NCBI GenBank assembly: GCA_035686845.1
Contig: DASRZA010000447.1
Location: forward strand, 1-63,834
DNA length: 63,834 bases
Origin: Armatimonadota bacterium
GTDB taxonomy: Bacteria; Armatimonadota; DASRZA01
Direction of reading: 5' to 3'
Shown: positions 61,665-63,834 of the stretch, piece after piece
Position numbering within the stretch: position 1 is the stretch's first letter
How the letters are laid out: every line of letters starts with the position of its first letter
Translations under genes and position numbers: made by a program
The notes under the pieces: generated by a model
Seen by the model: only the letters and a program-made list of their open reading frames with translations
Databases searched by the model: none
What the model was told of the DNA's origin: nothing

Positions 61665-63332
61665 ATGTCATCTGAACGGGAGAGTTCTCCACGCATTTTT
61701 GATAGCGCCGAACAATGGACTGATCTCGATTCGGCGGAAATCGTGATCGGACTGGTGGCTCCAATCGGCACCGACCTATCATGTGTCGCGGACGATCTAA
61801 TCGACGAGCTAAAGCGAGTTTCCTATCAAGGCGTACTAATACGACTCTCGAGGCAGCTTCGAGAGCTCAGTCGTCCTGATATCAAGGCGATTCTCGAAGA
61901 CGTGTTGGACGATGGACCGGCCGATATCCGCATGGCGGCTTACATGGACGCGGGCGACAAGTTTCGTGAACTGTTCGGCAAGGACGCTGTCGCAAGATTG
62001 GCGATCGGGGCAATAATGGCGGAGCGCCGCGAGCTCGTGAGTCGAGCTAAGGCGGCGATTCCAATTGAAAGCGTTACGGACGACCGCGCCCCGGCTGTTA
62101 TTGCTCCGGTCGACAGGTTCGCCTATGTCCTATATCAGCTCAAGCGGCCAGAGGAGGTCCAATGCCTCCGGGAGGTGTACGGACCCGCATTTATTCTTAT
62201 CGCGGTTCATACTCCCAGGGAGCAACGTGTAAGGAATTTGGCGGAAAGGATTGCGCAAAGCCACCATGAGTACCAGAAAGCGAAATATGGCCCTCACGCT
62301 GAGACGCTTGTCTTGCGCGATGAGGCTGATTCCCAGAAAGACGTCGGCCAAAATGTAAGCGATACCTTTCACCTGGCGGATGTTTTTATCGATGGCGCAA
62401 CTCCGGACCAACGAAGGATGGGAATTCATCGCTTCGTTGAGTTGCTGTTTGGAAACACTTTTTATACGCCAACCAAGGATGAACAGGGTATGTTTCATGC
62501 TCACGCGGCATCCCTTCGCTCGGCGTCGTTAGGAAGGCAGGTCGGCGCGGTTTTCGCCACCGAAGGAGGAAGTATTGTCGCGGTCGGATGTAATGAGGTT
62601 CCCAAAGCCGGAGGTGGGATGTATTGGCCGCGGGATCACGGGGACGCACGCGATCATGTCCTCGGTAAGGATCCGAGCGATGAGATGAAGCGGGATGTCC
62701 TGGCGGATATACTTAAGAGATTGAATGAAGCAGGTTGGCTCGAACGTTCACGGTCGGATCGGACGCTGAGCGATCTCATGCATGATGCGCTGGAGGAAGG
62801 TCTCATGAACGGCGCACACTTCATGAACCTCATCGAGTTCATGCGACCGGTACACGCCGAGATGGCGGCTCTCTGCGACGCAGCTGAGAGAGGCGCTTCG
62901 CTTAAGGGCGCCACTCTCTATGTGACTGCATTCCCGTGTCACGTGTGCGCGAAGCATATCGTAGCGGTGGGCGTCGACCGGGTGGTGTTCATCGAGCCCT
63001 ACCCGAAGAGCCTGACGGTTAAGCTTTACAGCGACTCGATAAAACTGGACCCCCCAGATATATCCTCGGAGTATGTGCGATTCGTCGCATTTGTTGGCGT
63101 CGCGCCTCGGCGTTTTCGGGATTGGTTCATGATGGTAAACCGAAAGGACGCGATGGGGAATCTCATTCGATGGGACGGAGCAAAATCCCGCGCGAGATTG
63201 GGCGACTGGGCTCCAATGCTTGACGCGACGGTTTTCAGGGAAAAACTCAAATATAACGCTCTCGCTGTATGGACAGGAGGGCAATCGCCGAGTGTGGAGG
63301 AAACTAATGCTGCAGAGAGGATGGATGGCTAA
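61665..63332 (+). CDS. Kinase-like N-domain fused to a dCMP/cytidine deaminase domain, resembling anti-phage dCTP deaminases
   Basis: The C-terminal zinc motif is HAEMAAL ... PCHVCAKHI (HAE...PCxxC). The N-terminus reads IVIGLVAPIGTD... 555 aa. Confidence 0.7.
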   Translation: MSSERESSPRIFDSAEQWTDLDSAEIVIGLVAPIGTDLSCVADDLIDELKRVSYQGVLIRLSRQLRELSRPDIKAILEDVLDDGPADIRMAAYMDAGDKFRELFGKDAVARLAIGAIMAERRELVSRAKAAIPIESVTDDRAPAVIAPVDRFAYVLYQLKRPEEVQCLREVYGPAFILIAVHTPREQRVRNLAERIAQSHHEYQKAKYGPHAETLVLRDEADSQKDVGQNVSDTFHLADVFIDGATPDQRRMGIHRFVELLFGNTFYTPTKDEQGMFHAHAASLRSASLGRQVGAVFATEGGSIVAVGCNEVPKAGGGMYWPRDHGDARDHVLGKDPSDEMKRDVLADILKRLNEAGWLERSRSDRTLSDLMHDALEEGLMNGAHFMNLIEFMRPVHAEMAALCDAAERGASLKGATLYVTAFPCHVCAKHIVAVGVDRVVFIEPYPKSLTVKLYSDSIKLDPPDISSEYVRFVAFVGVAPRRFRDWFMMVNRKDAMGNLIRWDGAKSRARLGDWAPMLDATVFREKLKYNALAVWTGGQSPSVEETNAAERMDG

Positions 63333-63510
63333 ACTCAACATAGAAGTACGGGACTGGGCCGTCGACTATGCTGAGTATCGTCGGAAGGAGATCGAGGCTG
63401 GAAGACTTCCTATCATCGTTCGGAGATCTATTAAGGACCGGACGACCGATCAGACGGACATTACGGCAGACGAAGCGGAACGTCGTTCCGTAGCCGCTTG
63501 CACTGAATGA
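63325..63510 (+). CDS. Small hypothetical protein overlapping the deaminase stop
   Basis: The ATG at 63325 (MAKLNIEVRDW...) overlaps the deaminase TAA by 8 nt. An alternative ATG lies at 63307. Confidence 0.4.
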   Translation: MAKLNIEVRDWAVDYAEYRRKEIEAGRLPIIVRRSIKDRTTDQTDITADEAERRSVAACTE

Positions 63511-63788
63511 CCTGCTGCTCTTATTTGACGCCTACTCCGCTCGAGCTCCGACCGCTTGCTTGCCGCGCTCGCGGGTGGCCGGCTGTCCCGACCACGTTGA
63601 GTTGGCGAGGGATCGGCGCTGGCTTCGAGATGGAAAAACTGCCGAGGATGGAGTTGGGCGCGTGATGATCGTACGCCTCAATCTTGCAATGATCATGCCT
63701 GCACGCCCGCCGCGGCTCGAATCGGGCGTCTGGCCGGACGGCGGCGCAGGCTGCTCCGATTCGCTCGCGACTTACTCATGCCGCGTGC

Positions 63789-63826
63789 CCCGTTCATTGA
63801 GCAATGCGATAGGCCCAATGAACGGG
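63789..63826. other. 11-bp perfect inverted repeat near the window edge
   Basis: cccgttcattg (63789..63799), a 16-nt loop, then caatgaacggg (63816..63826). Confidence 0.6.
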
Positions 63827-63834
63827 ACCGCGCC

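Noticed and set aside
63511-63834. A coding region at the right edge of the window.
   Set aside because: There is no ORF of 60 aa or more and no recognisable motif in any frame. Only an 11-bp inverted repeat was noted.

Overview
GC-rich bacterial chromosomal window. Most genes lie on the minus strand in tightly packed operons whose junctions overlap as ATGA or TGATG. An outer-membrane-type beta-barrel and several lipoprotein or Tat signals suggest a diderm host. All calls come from reading the ORF translations and the DNA by eye; no searches were run, so family names are motif-level recognitions.

Contents from left to right:
- A decayed IS630-family transposase, followed by a three-gene module (HEPN-like Rx4H protein, unknown protein, PIN-like protein) that sits beside tRNA-Asn and tRNA-Ala.
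- Envelope and signalling genes, including a PMT/ArnT-like glycosyltransferase and a HAMP-GAF-PP2C sensor phosphatase.
- An orphan consensus promoter driving a short structured transcript.
- An operon of cysteine desulfurase, rlmN and a Zc3h12a-like NYN RNase.
- A CDF metal exporter, carbohydrate-active enzymes and an Rpn-family nuclease.
- The most striking feature: a roughly 16.2 kb, 13-gene translationally coupled operon at 29479..45667. It holds four cobalamin-type radical SAM enzymes in two paralogous pairs, two SAM methyltransferases, an amidohydrolase, a 498-aa unknown, an NTP_transf_5-type nucleotidyltransferase, a beta-barrel with a CxxCH motif, an HprK-related kinase and two GT4 glycosyltransferases. 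I cannot match it to any characterised pathway.
- A Tat/polyferredoxin/DUF362 redox module and two PhyH-type dioxygenases.
- A stress cluster: PP2C phosphatase, RIC di-iron protein, Acg-type nitroreductase and a STAS protein.
- A visibly lower-GC islet with an HsdR_N-type PD-(D/E)xK protein and a kinase-like/deaminase fusion resembling anti-phage dCTP deaminases.

No rRNA genes and no CRISPR array were seen.
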